Of a DNA stretch of 64,000 nucleotides, positions 40,701 through 49,749 are shown piece by piece. The position numbers were made by a program, and so were the translations under genes. The notes under the pieces are model-generated. The model was not told where the DNA came from. It saw only the letters and a program-made list of their open reading frames with translations, and did not search any database. Where the stretch lies: NCBI GenBank assembly GCA_965198005.1, contig CBDAOI010000004.1, positions 2,048,214-2,112,213 on the forward strand, read 5' to 3'. The stretch comes from Spirochaetia bacterium (lineage in GTDB: Bacteria > Spirochaetota > Spirochaetia > SZUA-6 > Bin103). Numbering within the stretch: the stretch's first letter is position 1; each line of letters starts with the position of its first letter.

Positions 40701-42165
40701 CGAGCCGTTCGAGGTGCGGGGAACGGCCGTCGGCAGCATCAGCAAGGGCCAGGTAGACGCGCAGATCAATCTTTCCCACGCGGATACGACCATGTTGAAC
40801 GGCCCGATCGAGGGTGACGCCCTGGAGTTTCGGGGCGGGGTCGCGAGCGGCAACGTCAGAGTGGTGGGCCCGCTCAACGATCCCGACATGTGGGGCACGA
40901 TCCAGGTCGCCGGCGGCAGCGTGACCTTGCCGTTCACGCCGGATCCGGTGCGGACGATCGAGTCGCGCCTGCGGGTGGCGGAGAAACTGCTGACCCTGGA
41001 GAGCGTCAGCGCGGACACGCGGCTGCAAGGGACCGCGCAGCTCGAACGCTGGGTGCCGCGCAGCTTCATCCTGGAGCTGGAAACGATCACCGACCGCGGC
41101 ATCCGGCTCGAATCCCAGTTCGGGCCGCTCCGCTTCGACGGCTACGCCACGGGAGCGCTCACGGTGACCGTGGACGCCGCGGGCGTGGGGCTGGAGGGCA
41201 CGGTGCAGGCGCACAGCGCCGAGATCTTCGTGCCCGAGGTTGCGGGGAATGGAGACCCCGGAGGGCTGCGGCACGTGAAGCTGGCGGTCTCCACCGGCCG
41301 GCACGTGGAGTTCACCTGGCCGTCGCCGCGGATCCCGATTCTCCGGGTCCCGCTGAAACCGGGCGAGCGGATCGCCATCGAGTACGATGGCGCCAGCGGA
41401 GACTTCATGGTCGACGGCGACGTCGAGGTGCGCGGCGGCGAGCTGTTCTACTTCAACCGTCAGTTTCTCCTGCGCGAGGGCACGATCGGATTCACCGGCG
41501 ACCAGATCCGGTTCGATCCACGCGTGCAGGTGCGCGCGGAAACGCGGGAACGGGACGCCGACGGGCAGGACCTGCGGATCATCCTGGAGGCCGACACCAC
41601 TCTGAACAACCTCAGCCCGGACACGGTGCGACTCTCCACCGACCCGCCCCGCAGCCGGGTGGCGATCGAGTCCCTGGTGCGGGGTGGGACGGCGGGCGAG
41701 GACGGCCCCGGCGCGGATGCCACGACCGCCGGGTCCGCCGCCGGCTACTCGGGCGATCTGGTTGCCCAGGTTACCCTGCTGCGGCCGGTGGAGCGGGCGC
41801 TCCGCGAGCTGCTGGGCGTAGACTTCGTCAGCATCCGGTCGCCGTTCGTCCAGAACCTGGTGGTCGACCGGCTGCTGGCCCCCGCAGGTACGACTGCCGC
41901 ACCCGGCGGCGCCGATCTACTTGACAACACCTCGCTCTCTCTTGGAAAGTACTTCGGGAGCGACCTGTTCCTGAAAATGCTGCTACGTCTGGAGACACCC
42001 GAGTTAGATGTGGTCGACGCCGCCCCGATTCAACCCGACCTCGAGTTGAGCCTGGAATGGGAAACACCGTTCTTCCTCATCGAGTGGTCGTTTCTGCCGC
42101 AGAACGCAGAGGCGCTGTTTGTCACGGACAACTGGATTTCCGTCCGTTGGAGGGTAAACTATTGA
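37753..42165 (+). CDS. tamB: Large AsmA-like/TamB-type envelope protein
   Basis: 1470 aa, single N-terminal TM, beta-rich body, C-terminal DUF490-like region (VRGGELFYFNRQFLLREG...FDPRV). Lies directly upstream of bamA, as in other spirochaetes. Confidence 0.75.
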   Translation: MNNGNRRGRPWRRRRWRPSVVELALVALLLAGLGAGARTLGAFIEESMAQLRDDTMAMLNARIGRQITYGRISPSLLRAFEIRDLTIFSANRPDEPLLSINRIRIRYSLTRLILARDPVAALREIQLLNSDFTVNLNRDQELREFLGQLSYPVRATPGAAEPADGAVDLSGANLGLVIEQDGYRLIVEQLFFRARAGDRVRITARGRLSARLPASAAIGPLLGGQLDAQVQVDGHVANDLSAAELSVRLDDLATPAVSVSAQELRFTLRDEVVQVASAEQGGALELALTHDPGTGRTELRYSCVALPVADLVTLHAPPAVLEPLLAAVVTGSGRVWTAPDSTGGVRYEADLQGRIPRGANSPPGTVAVRVHSEPDGVIVDRLVVDTERGGIRFTGDLLHDRFLPDGTLELRALDLGLPHRLDARMTITRDGERLLLHSDYVAIGATTVPELTVELRPATAESLAYHYRLAARVAQPAANAITARGLLNLAGGLTLSLASTVEGLSADHAYRLLTPESNRVPWLARVLPRLTLGAEIDATTDFRTMLLRRASVHLGDAEQPDHTVTFGLTSTERGLLIDRMTADWRGIALRGGARLTAAGNGVWELDTDGLTVNGESYELHGRLHPAGVNLTGSHELRVTATVDADGLRVRGAATRLPLPLPRPAHAAAPRVTLEFEGQVADDDWSLRSDRMVVTGIPLQILADARLELGFEANPQELRLTGITYRDSMTELQGTGSFRFSDGLGSLAGSGALALSGARENYNLALTMTGDGVDLTVQGSGLPLARLGELPVDGTLGGRARITGSLQQPRVSAELDLENGRLNADPVRLNARVELVEQVLTVHDLNAELYSHRLRGGTGAIDLNRGTLAFGADYRAHHFGDSVAARLVLRSDDFMLSLPESLADTPRLALADVVHAVLQAESLSVNGEPVPSWTVQFRLEQVVAGREPSGAAAAAGSRLRFNGGPGGAFSGHLQTDGGFALAVREPFEVRGTAVGSISKGQVDAQINLSHADTTMLNGPIEGDALEFRGGVASGNVRVVGPLNDPDMWGTIQVAGGSVTLPFTPDPVRTIESRLRVAEKLLTLESVSADTRLQGTAQLERWVPRSFILELETITDRGIRLESQFGPLRFDGYATGALTVTVDAAGVGLEGTVQAHSAEIFVPEVAGNGDPGGLRHVKLAVSTGRHVEFTWPSPRIPILRVPLKPGERIAIEYDGASGDFMVDGDVEVRGGELFYFNRQFLLREGTIGFTGDQIRFDPRVQVRAETRERDADGQDLRIILEADTTLNNLSPDTVRLSTDPPRSRVAIESLVRGGTAGEDGPGADATTAGSAAGYSGDLVAQVTLLRPVERALRELLGVDFVSIRSPFVQNLVVDRLLAPAGTTAAPGGADLLDNTSLSLGKYFGSDLFLKMLLRLETPELDVVDAAPIQPDLELSLEWETPFFLIEWSFLPQNAEALFVTDNWISVRWRVNY

Positions 42166-42181
42166 CCGGAGGGACCGCATC

Positions 42182-44740
42182 GTGTTGAAGCGGTGGCTGG
42201 CCGCAGTACTGGTCCTGGGGGCGGGAATGGCCGTTCCCGCCACGTTGATTGCCCAGGAGGCCGACTCCGGAGACGGGGAGTGGTACCTGGGCAAGCCGAT
42301 TGCCGAGGTCCGGTTCTCCGGGCTCCGTCACGTCCCCGAGAGCGAACTGACGCCGATCGTCAGCCCGTACCTCGAGCAGCCGTTCACGCTCGACCTGTTC
42401 TGGGAGCTGCAGGGCAAGCTGTACGCCACCGATCAGTTCGATGGTCTCGAGTCGAATGCGGTAGCGGCCGATGCCGCCCGCTCGGCCGTGATCGTGGAGT
42501 TCATCGTCCAGGAGCGCCCGCTGGTGGCGGAGATCCTGGTGACCGGCAATCAACGGGTCCGTACCGGCGACATCCTGGCCGAAGTGCTGATCCAGCGCGG
42601 CGACCCGTTCGACACCACCGCGTTGGCGACCGACGAGGCCAACGTGCGCGCCCTGTACCTTGGCCGCGGATACCCCGACGTGGTGGTGAGCACCGACATC
42701 GATCGGGATGAGGCCGGGGGCGAGGTTGCGGTGACCTTCGAGGTTGCCGAGGGCGTGCTGGTCACGGTTGAAGACCTCGAGTTCGTCGGCAACGAGTTCG
42801 CGTCCGACGGCACTCTGCGCCGCCGCATGCGCACCAAGCCACGCTCCCTGTTCTCGTCAGGCGCGTTTCGCGAGAGCGCCCTCCAGGACGATCAGCAGCT
42901 GATCGAGCACTACTACGCGTCCAACGGGTTCGTCGACGCCAAGGTGGAGCGGATCGAACGTGAGCTGCGTGCCGATGACCGGGAGGACCGGCGTTCGATG
43001 ATCCTCACCGTGTACGTCAACGAGGGGCGCCAGTACCTGTACGGCGGGATGACCTTCGCCGGCAATGAGCTGTTCACCACCGAAGAGCTCCTGGAGCTGG
43101 TCCGCCACCGGCCCGACACCGTCGTCAACCGCGAGACCGTCGACGCCGACTTTCTCCGGATCCAGGATCTCTACTTCGAGAACGGCTACATCTTCAACCT
43201 GATCGAGCTGGAGGAGCGGCGCGACGAGGTCACCGCGACCATCTCGTTTCACGTCACCATCGTCGAGCAGGACCGCGCGCACATCGAGAACATCATTCTC
43301 TCCGGCAACGAGAAGACCCGCGACTCGGTCTTGCTGCGGGAGCTGCCGTTCGAGGTCGGCGACGTGTTCAACAAGGCGCAGATCGTGCAGGGACTGCGCA
43401 ATCTCTACAACACCCAGTTCTTCTCGGTGGTCGAACCGGAGACCCCTCCGGGCCGCGTGCCGGGATTGATGGACGTCGTCATCAACGTCGAAGAACAGAG
43501 CACGGCCGACATCAACTTCGGCATTTCGTTCGGCGGCGCGGACTTCCCGCTGTCGGGGAGCGTCCGCTGGAACGAACGCAACTTCCTCGGCGGCGGCCAG
43601 GCGCTCGGCGCAGGGCTGGAAGTCTCTCCGGTCAAGCAGACGGTGACTCTGAGCTTCACCGAGCCGTGGCTGCTGGGCCTGCGCTGGTCGGGCGGCGTCG
43701 AGCTGGGGGTGGAGCGGATCCGGGTGCGCAACGTGCCGCAGGACGTGCTGCCGCCGGTTTTTCCCGACGATGCGCTCAACCCGGTGCCCGACCCGTATCG
43801 CACCGAGGCGGAGTATCAGGCCGCGGGCAACGTGCTCGATGAGCGCTACGCGATGGAGTACAACGAGTGGGCGATCAGCCTGGGAGTCTCTACGTCGTAC
43901 CGCAATTTTCCCCCGCCGTTCGAGTTCCTGGGGATCGGCGGCGGCCTCGCCACGTCGCTCGAGTTCCTCACCTACGATGCCGAGAAATTCCGTCCGTTCA
44001 ACCAATTGCTGCGCGAGGAGCGGCTCCGCTGGGTGCTCGTGAACCGGTTGCGGGCCAGAGTGTCGTGGGATCAGCGTGACATCTTCTACAACCCGACCGA
44101 GGGGTTTTTGCTGTCGCAGTCCGCTACCTTCACCGGCGGGTTTCTGTTCGGCAACCGGCACTACGTCCGCCTCGACAGCCGGGCCGAGGCGTTCGTCACG
44201 CTGTTGCAGCTACCCGTGTTCGCCAACTGGGATCTCAAGCTGGTGCTGGCCGCGCACTCGGGGTTCTCCGTCATCCTGCCCCAGATCTGGGTCCCCGAGG
44301 GGCGCCACGCGCTTGAAATCGACTCGACCGACCTGCTGATTATCGACGGCTCGCGCATCGGCCGCGGCTGGCGGCTCGCTCGAACCGGCCGCGCCCGTTG
44401 GAACAACCAGGTGGAGCTGCGGGTCCCGATTGCGGAGCAGATCCTGTGGGCCGTGCTGTTCCTTGACGGCACCGTGCTGTGGACCCCCACGGACATTCCG
44501 GGCAAGCCGGGCAAGCTGTCGCAGGAGATCGCCGCGACCAGTCTCGACGACTTCTACTTCAGCTACGGCCTCGGAATCCGCTTTTCGATTCCGCAGTTTC
44601 CGATCCGGATCTACCTCGCCTCGCGCTTCCGATTCGATGACGCCGGAAGAATCGTACGCCCGGAGCGCCACGAGGGGGACCTCGAGATTTTCGGCCTTCC
44701 GACGCAATTCGTAATCACGCTCGGCGGCGATGTCTTTTGA
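42182..44740 (+). CDS. bamA: Outer membrane protein assembly factor BamA
   Basis: Signal peptide, repeated POTRA domains (GNEKTRDSVLLREL...GDVFN...LRNLYNTQFF), NFLGGGQ, FTEPWLLG, C-terminal barrel ending in F. Confidence 0.95.
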   Translation: MLKRWLAAVLVLGAGMAVPATLIAQEADSGDGEWYLGKPIAEVRFSGLRHVPESELTPIVSPYLEQPFTLDLFWELQGKLYATDQFDGLESNAVAADAARSAVIVEFIVQERPLVAEILVTGNQRVRTGDILAEVLIQRGDPFDTTALATDEANVRALYLGRGYPDVVVSTDIDRDEAGGEVAVTFEVAEGVLVTVEDLEFVGNEFASDGTLRRRMRTKPRSLFSSGAFRESALQDDQQLIEHYYASNGFVDAKVERIERELRADDREDRRSMILTVYVNEGRQYLYGGMTFAGNELFTTEELLELVRHRPDTVVNRETVDADFLRIQDLYFENGYIFNLIELEERRDEVTATISFHVTIVEQDRAHIENIILSGNEKTRDSVLLRELPFEVGDVFNKAQIVQGLRNLYNTQFFSVVEPETPPGRVPGLMDVVINVEEQSTADINFGISFGGADFPLSGSVRWNERNFLGGGQALGAGLEVSPVKQTVTLSFTEPWLLGLRWSGGVELGVERIRVRNVPQDVLPPVFPDDALNPVPDPYRTEAEYQAAGNVLDERYAMEYNEWAISLGVSTSYRNFPPPFEFLGIGGGLATSLEFLTYDAEKFRPFNQLLREERLRWVLVNRLRARVSWDQRDIFYNPTEGFLLSQSATFTGGFLFGNRHYVRLDSRAEAFVTLLQLPVFANWDLKLVLAAHSGFSVILPQIWVPEGRHALEIDSTDLLIIDGSRIGRGWRLARTGRARWNNQVELRVPIAEQILWAVLFLDGTVLWTPTDIPGKPGKLSQEIAATSLDDFYFSYGLGIRFSIPQFPIRIYLASRFRFDDAGRIVRPERHEGDLEIFGLPTQFVITLGGDVF

Positions 44741-45288
44741 GACTGTCGGCCCACGCGCACGCGCCGCGCCGGTTGCTCGTACTCGCGCTGGCGGTGCTCG
44801 GCAGCGGCGCGCTGGCCGCTGAACGGATCACCAATATCGGAATCCTCGACCTGCGGCGGGTCACCACCTCATACTTCCGTGAATCCCGGGCGGTGCGTGA
44901 CCTGGAGGAGATGCGCGCCCAGGTCGACGCCAAGCGGGCGCGGTTGGAAGCGGAGATCTACGACCTGGAGGCGCGCCGGCTACAGGCCAGGACCGACGGC
45001 GATCGGCAGGACGTGCTGGCGCTGGACCAGCGGCTGTTCGAACAGCGGCAGTACCTGCGCGACTATATAACCGTGAAGAACCAGCAGCTCGCGCAGCAGC
45101 AGGAGCGGCTGGCCGAGTCGGACAGTTTTCTCGACGATCTTGCGGCTGCCATTGCCTTCGTCGCCGAAAGCGAGGGGCTGTCGCTGGTGATGGACCGCAA
45201 CAACAATGGGGTCCTGTTTTTCGTCCCCGAGATCGACGTCACCGATCTGGTGATAGCCGAGCTCGGACGCAGGTCCGGGAGGAACTGA
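44737..45288 (+). CDS. skp: Skp/OmpH periplasmic chaperone
   Basis: Signal peptide, IGILDLRRV, coiled coil, VAESEGLSLVMD...IDVTDLVI; follows bamA. Confidence 0.88.
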   Translation: MRLSAHAHAPRRLLVLALAVLGSGALAAERITNIGILDLRRVTTSYFRESRAVRDLEEMRAQVDAKRARLEAEIYDLEARRLQARTDGDRQDVLALDQRLFEQRQYLRDYITVKNQQLAQQQERLAESDSFLDDLAAAIAFVAESEGLSLVMDRNNNGVLFFVPEIDVTDLVIAELGRRSGRN

Positions 45289-45295
45289 GCACACC

Positions 45296-45727
45296 ATGCC
45301 GCGGGTATTGGGTCTCGACGTGGGCACGCAGCGCGTGGGAGTGGCACTGAGCGACGCCGGCGCGACCATCGCGACTCCATTCGCGACACTTCCCAATCGG
45401 GGCGTGCGCGGACTCGTCAGTGAACTCCTGAGGCTGTGCCGCACGCGCCAAGTGGAGCTGGTAGTTGTCGGCCTTCCCCTGCAGGCGGACGGCGCGGCCG
45501 GCCCGGCGGCGCGCCTCCCGCAGCGAGTCGCCGCGGCATTGGACGCCGCCGGCCTCGCGACCCGGCTATGGGACGAACGCGATACCAGTGCCGCCGCGAG
45601 ACGGGTGCTCAGAGGCAGCGTCTCCGCCCGTGCGGCCCGCGCCCGCGGACTGGTGGACCGGGTGGCCGCCGCGCTGATCCTGCAGTCGTACCTGGAGCGG
45701 GCGCCCGTCACCCCGACCACCGCTTAG
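45296..45727 (+). CDS. yqgF: YqgF/RuvX RNase H-like protein
   Basis: RVLGLDVGTQRVGVALSD, VVVGLP, WDERDTS, VDRVAAALILQSYL. Confidence 0.93.
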   Translation: MPRVLGLDVGTQRVGVALSDAGATIATPFATLPNRGVRGLVSELLRLCRTRQVELVVVGLPLQADGAAGPAARLPQRVAAALDAAGLATRLWDERDTSAAARRVLRGSVSARAARARGLVDRVAAALILQSYLERAPVTPTTA

Positions 45728-45752
45728 CTGTAGCTGACCGTAGCCCGTACGC

Positions 45753-48431
45753 ATGGCGCCAACCGCTACTACTCCAATGATGGCGCAGTACCAGGAACTG
45801 AAGCGCCGCCATCGGGACGCCATTCTGCTGTTTCGCCTGGGAGACTTCTACGAAATGTTCGATGCCGACGCCAGGGAGGCGTCGGACCTGCTGGAGATCG
45901 CACTCACCCAGCGCAACGGCGTGCCGATGTGCGGCGTGCCGCATCACGCCGCGCGCTCCTACATTGCGCGCCTGTTGAAGGCGGGCCGCAGCGTGGCGGT
46001 GTGCGAGCAGACCGAGCCGCCCGCCGCCGGACGCGGGTTGGCACGGCGCGAGGTGGTGGAGGTGGTCACCCCGGGCACCGTGCTGGACGAGGAGTTGCTG
46101 GACGGACGCAGCAACAACTTCCTGGTAGCCGTCGGCACCGTCGCCGGCGGTGCGAACGCGGCCGCGCGCCGGGTAGCGGTGGCAGCGCTTGACCTGTCCA
46201 CCGCCGATTTTCGCGCCACGGCATTTCCGATGTCCGAAGCGGCATCCCGGCTGGCCGATGAACTTGCGCGCCTGGCACCGCGTGAGCTGCTCGCGCAGGA
46301 GTCCTTGCTGGCGGAGTCGCCGGAGATCGCCCGCACGGTCCGCCAGCACGTGGCGTCGTCCACCGTCATCCACCGGTATCCCGACTGGCACTTCGACCCG
46401 GCCGGCGGGCACGAGCTCCTGTGCGACCTGTTTCAGGTTGCGAACCTCAAGGCGTTCGGGCTGGAGCGGGGCGCCGCCGAGCTGGCCGCGCTCGGGCTGG
46501 TCGTGACCTTCGCCCAGCAGACCGCAAAGACTGCGCTGTCTCACCTGCGCACGGTGACGGTATACGGCGCCGACTCGTTCATGACCCTGGACGAGACCGC
46601 GCAGCGCAGTCTCGAGCTGGTGCGCAACCTGGAGGATGGTTCCCGCGAGCGCACCCTGTTGGCGGTGCTCGATCATACCCGCACGGCAATGGGAGCCCGC
46701 CTGCTGCGCTCGTCCCTGCTCGAGCCGCTGTGTGACCGCCCGGCCATCGAGACCCGCTTGAACGCGGTGGAACATCTGTTCCGGCGCCAGCACACGTTGG
46801 CTACGGTCCGGGACGAGTTGCGCAGGGTGGCCGACCTGGAGCGTCTCGCCGGGCGGCTGGCGCTGGGTCGCGCCCACCCGCGCGACCTGCGCGCCATGGC
46901 CGCGAGCATCCGCGCCGCCCAACAGCTCGCCGAGATCCTGGGGCGCGCGGACCCGCCGGATCCGGGCAAGCCGGCGCCGGAGCCGTGCGCGGAGGTGTTC
47001 GGCGCCACGATCGGCCGGGCGGCCGCCACGGTAGACGAAGTCGCCCGCCTGACGGAAGAAGCGCTGGTGGACGAACCACCGTTGTCAATTACCGAGGGGG
47101 GATTGATGCGACCGGGCTTCGACCGTCAGATCGATCGGCTGCGCACCGTGACCGCGGACGGCGAGAACCTGCTCCAGGCGTACGCCGACGAAGAGCGGGA
47201 AGCTACCGGCATCGGCCTCAAGCTGGGGCATAACCGGGTGTTGGGCTGGTACTTCGAGGTTACCGCGGCGCAGGCGCCGCGCGTGCCGGACTACTTCGTG
47301 CGCCGGCAGGGGCTGGTCGGATGCGAGCGGTTCGCGACCGCCCGGCTCGCCCAACTCGACCGCGAGATCGCCACCGCGGGTGAGCAGCAGCGCGAACTCG
47401 AGCGCAACGCGTTTCTGCGCCTGCGGGAACGGGTCGCCGCCTTCGTGCCCGGCGTGTTGGCGCTGGCCCGGGAGCTGGCCGCGCTCGATCTGGCCCAGAG
47501 TCTGGCACTGGCCGCAACCGTGGGGGGCTACACGCGGCCGCGGCTGCGACCACCGGGGAGCGGCATCGCCATCCGGGAAGGACGCCACCCGGTGGTGGAG
47601 GCGATGGTGCCGGCCGGCGCATTCGTGCCCAACGACCTGAGGCTCGCGCCGGACGGTACCCGGTTCGTGGTGCTGACCGGCCCCAACATGGCCGGCAAGT
47701 CCACCTACCTCAGACAGGGTGCCCTGATCGTGCTGATGGCACAGGTCGGGTCGTTCGTCCCCGCCGCCGAGGCCGAGATCGGCATGGTCGACGGCATCTA
47801 CTGCCGGATCGGAGCGAGCGACAACCTGGCGCGCGGCGAGTCCACGTTCCTGGTGGAGATGAACGAGACGGCGCGCATTCTGCGGGCAGCCAGTGCCAGT
47901 AGTCTGGTGATTCTCGACGAGATCGGACGCGGTACCAGCACCGAGGACGGACGCGCGATCGCTTGGGCGGTGTGTGAGCACCTGCTGGACGTGGTAGGTG
48001 CGCAGACCCTGTTTGCCACCCACCTGCGAGAGCTGACCCAGCTCACCCACCCGCGTGCCGCCAACTGGACCATGCAGGTGGTCGAGCGGGACCACGAGGT
48101 GGTGTTTCTGAAGCGGGTCGGCCCCGGCTCGGCCGATCAGTCCTACGGCGTCCACGTGGCGGCTCTCGCCGGCGTGCCGCCGGCGGTGGTGCAGCGGGCG
48201 CGCGCGTTGCTCCACGAGATGGGGGCAGCCCAATCGGCGCCGGCGGCGCCGGCGGCGCCACCACCGGAGCGGCAGGCACCGGCAGCCTACGCGCAGCCGG
48301 ATCTGTTTTCTCCCCACGAGCTGATCGGCCGGGCGGTCGCCGCGGTCGACGTGGAGTCCACCACGCCGCTCGAAGCGCTGGACCTGCTGGTCCGCTGGCA
48401 GCACGATTTGCGGCACACTACCGAGCCATGA
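45753..48431 (+). CDS. mutS: DNA mismatch repair protein MutS
   Basis: TPMMAQY, FRLGDFYEMF, TGPNMAGKSTYLRQ, GESTFLVEM, ILDEIGRGTST, SYGVHVA. Confidence 0.98.
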   Translation: MAPTATTPMMAQYQELKRRHRDAILLFRLGDFYEMFDADAREASDLLEIALTQRNGVPMCGVPHHAARSYIARLLKAGRSVAVCEQTEPPAAGRGLARREVVEVVTPGTVLDEELLDGRSNNFLVAVGTVAGGANAAARRVAVAALDLSTADFRATAFPMSEAASRLADELARLAPRELLAQESLLAESPEIARTVRQHVASSTVIHRYPDWHFDPAGGHELLCDLFQVANLKAFGLERGAAELAALGLVVTFAQQTAKTALSHLRTVTVYGADSFMTLDETAQRSLELVRNLEDGSRERTLLAVLDHTRTAMGARLLRSSLLEPLCDRPAIETRLNAVEHLFRRQHTLATVRDELRRVADLERLAGRLALGRAHPRDLRAMAASIRAAQQLAEILGRADPPDPGKPAPEPCAEVFGATIGRAAATVDEVARLTEEALVDEPPLSITEGGLMRPGFDRQIDRLRTVTADGENLLQAYADEEREATGIGLKLGHNRVLGWYFEVTAAQAPRVPDYFVRRQGLVGCERFATARLAQLDREIATAGEQQRELERNAFLRLRERVAAFVPGVLALARELAALDLAQSLALAATVGGYTRPRLRPPGSGIAIREGRHPVVEAMVPAGAFVPNDLRLAPDGTRFVVLTGPNMAGKSTYLRQGALIVLMAQVGSFVPAAEAEIGMVDGIYCRIGASDNLARGESTFLVEMNETARILRAASASSLVILDEIGRGTSTEDGRAIAWAVCEHLLDVVGAQTLFATHLRELTQLTHPRAANWTMQVVERDHEVVFLKRVGPGSADQSYGVHVAALAGVPPAVVQRARALLHEMGAAQSAPAAPAAPPPERQAPAAYAQPDLFSPHELIGRAVAAVDVESTTPLEALDLLVRWQHDLRHTTEP

Positions 48432-49153
48432 CGCCCCGCCGCGGCGCCCGACGGTTCGGTGCGGTGGCGCTCGACCTGCTGTTTCCTCAGCCGTGCGTGT
48501 GCTGTGGGCGCGAGCTGGCGCCGGGCACGGGGCGTGTTCCCCTGTGCGAATCCTGTCACCGCGCGCTCCGCCGGCAGCAGCGCACGCCGGCGGAGCGCTG
48601 CGGCACGTGCGGCACGCTCCTCATTCCCGAACAGGAAAGTCCGTGCCACTCCTGCCGCGCCACGGCCCCGGCGTTCCGTTCGCACGAATCGCTGTTCGAC
48701 TACGGCGGCGTGGTGGAGGAAGTGCTGCACGCGTTCAAGTTTCGGGGGTATAGCGGGTTGGCCTGGTTGCTGGCGGACTTGATCGCGCCCTGCGTCGTGG
48801 CGCGCTACGGGGACGCGACCGTGGTGCCGGTGCCCGCACGCCCGCAACGGATCCGCCGCTACGGTTACGACACGGTCGACCAGATCACCCGGGCACTCCG
48901 GACCCGCTACCGCCTGCCGGTGCGGCGGCTGCTGCGGCGCACCGGCGGCCGCCAGCAGAAGAGCCTCGACCAGGAGGCGCGCCGGCGCAATGTTCACGGC
49001 CGCTTCCGCCTGCGGCTGCCGCCGCCTGCCGACCGGCCGCTGCTGGTGATCGACGACGTGTACACCACGGGCGCTACCGTCGGCGAGTGTGCCTCGGTGC
49101 TGCGGGCATCCGGTGCAACTTCGGTCTACGCCCTCACCGTGACGCAGGACTGA
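48428..49153 (+). CDS. comF: ComF family protein
   Basis: LLFPQPCVCC zinc finger, VPVP, LVIDDVYTTGATV phosphoribosyltransferase motif. Confidence 0.92.
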   Translation: MTPRRGARRFGAVALDLLFPQPCVCCGRELAPGTGRVPLCESCHRALRRQQRTPAERCGTCGTLLIPEQESPCHSCRATAPAFRSHESLFDYGGVVEEVLHAFKFRGYSGLAWLLADLIAPCVVARYGDATVVPVPARPQRIRRYGYDTVDQITRALRTRYRLPVRRLLRRTGGRQQKSLDQEARRRNVHGRFRLRLPPPADRPLLVIDDVYTTGATVGECASVLRASGATSVYALTVTQD

Positions 49154-49159
49154 TCTCGG

Positions 49160-49189
49160 TTGACAAACCAGGCAGAGGAGGCGTAGCTT
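49160..49189 (+). promoter_or_regulatory. Probable promoter of the rimP-nusA-infB operon
   Basis: TTGACA (49160-49165), 18-nt spacer, TAGCTT (49184-49189). Confidence 0.55.
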
Positions 49190-49232
49190 ATCGGTGAACT
49201 CTGACCGTAGCCTGTGCGATGTCCGAGGGGAG

Positions 49233-49258
49233 AAGAGTCGTCCGCCGGCTCTTTTTTT
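49233..49258 (+). terminator. Intrinsic terminator in the rimP 5' leader (attenuator candidate)
   Basis: Stem aagagtcg / cggctctt (one G-U pair), loop tccgc, then a run of 7 T; ends 12 nt before the rimP ATG. Confidence 0.7.
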
Positions 49259-49270
49259 ATTGTGGGACCG

Positions 49271-49744
49271 ATGGTGCGACAGCAACCGAGCGCGGTCGGC
49301 GCCGTAGAGGATCTCGGCGCGGCACTGGAGCCGTTGATCCGCGCGGAGGGGTTTCGATGCGTGGAGGTTCAGCTCCACGGCAACCGCCACACGCGCCGGA
49401 TCAGAACCGTCGTCTACCGTCGGAGCGGGATGGACGCGGCGGCTCTGGAACGACTCGCGCGCGCGATCCGGTTCCATCTGTCGCTCGGTACGGAACTGGG
49501 AGATGCGGCAATCGAGGTGAGCTCGCCGGGCATCGATCGCGTCCTCAAGGCGCCGCACGAGTATGCGATCTTTACCGGCAAGGCGGTCCGCGTGCTGCGC
49601 GCGGACGCGACCGAGTGGGAGCATGCAGTGATCGATGCGGGCAACGGCGACGTGGTGACCTTGCGCTTCGGGGATGCGATCGAGGCGCTGCCGGTCGCCA
49701 TGATCCGGCGGGCGCAGCTCACCGGGACCGAACGAGGGGAGTAG
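49271..49744 (+). CDS. rimP: Ribosome maturation factor RimP
   Basis: IEVSSPGIDRVLK, FTGKAV; first gene before nusA. Confidence 0.92.
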   Translation: MVRQQPSAVGAVEDLGAALEPLIRAEGFRCVEVQLHGNRHTRRIRTVVYRRSGMDAAALERLARAIRFHLSLGTELGDAAIEVSSPGIDRVLKAPHEYAIFTGKAVRVLRADATEWEHAVIDAGNGDVVTLRFGDAIEALPVAMIRRAQLTGTERGE

Positions 49745-49749
49745 CAGCT

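Noticed and set aside
49190-49270. tRNA-Met upstream of rimP as in E. coli metY
   Set aside because: No cloverleaf, TTCGA T-loop or CCA end.
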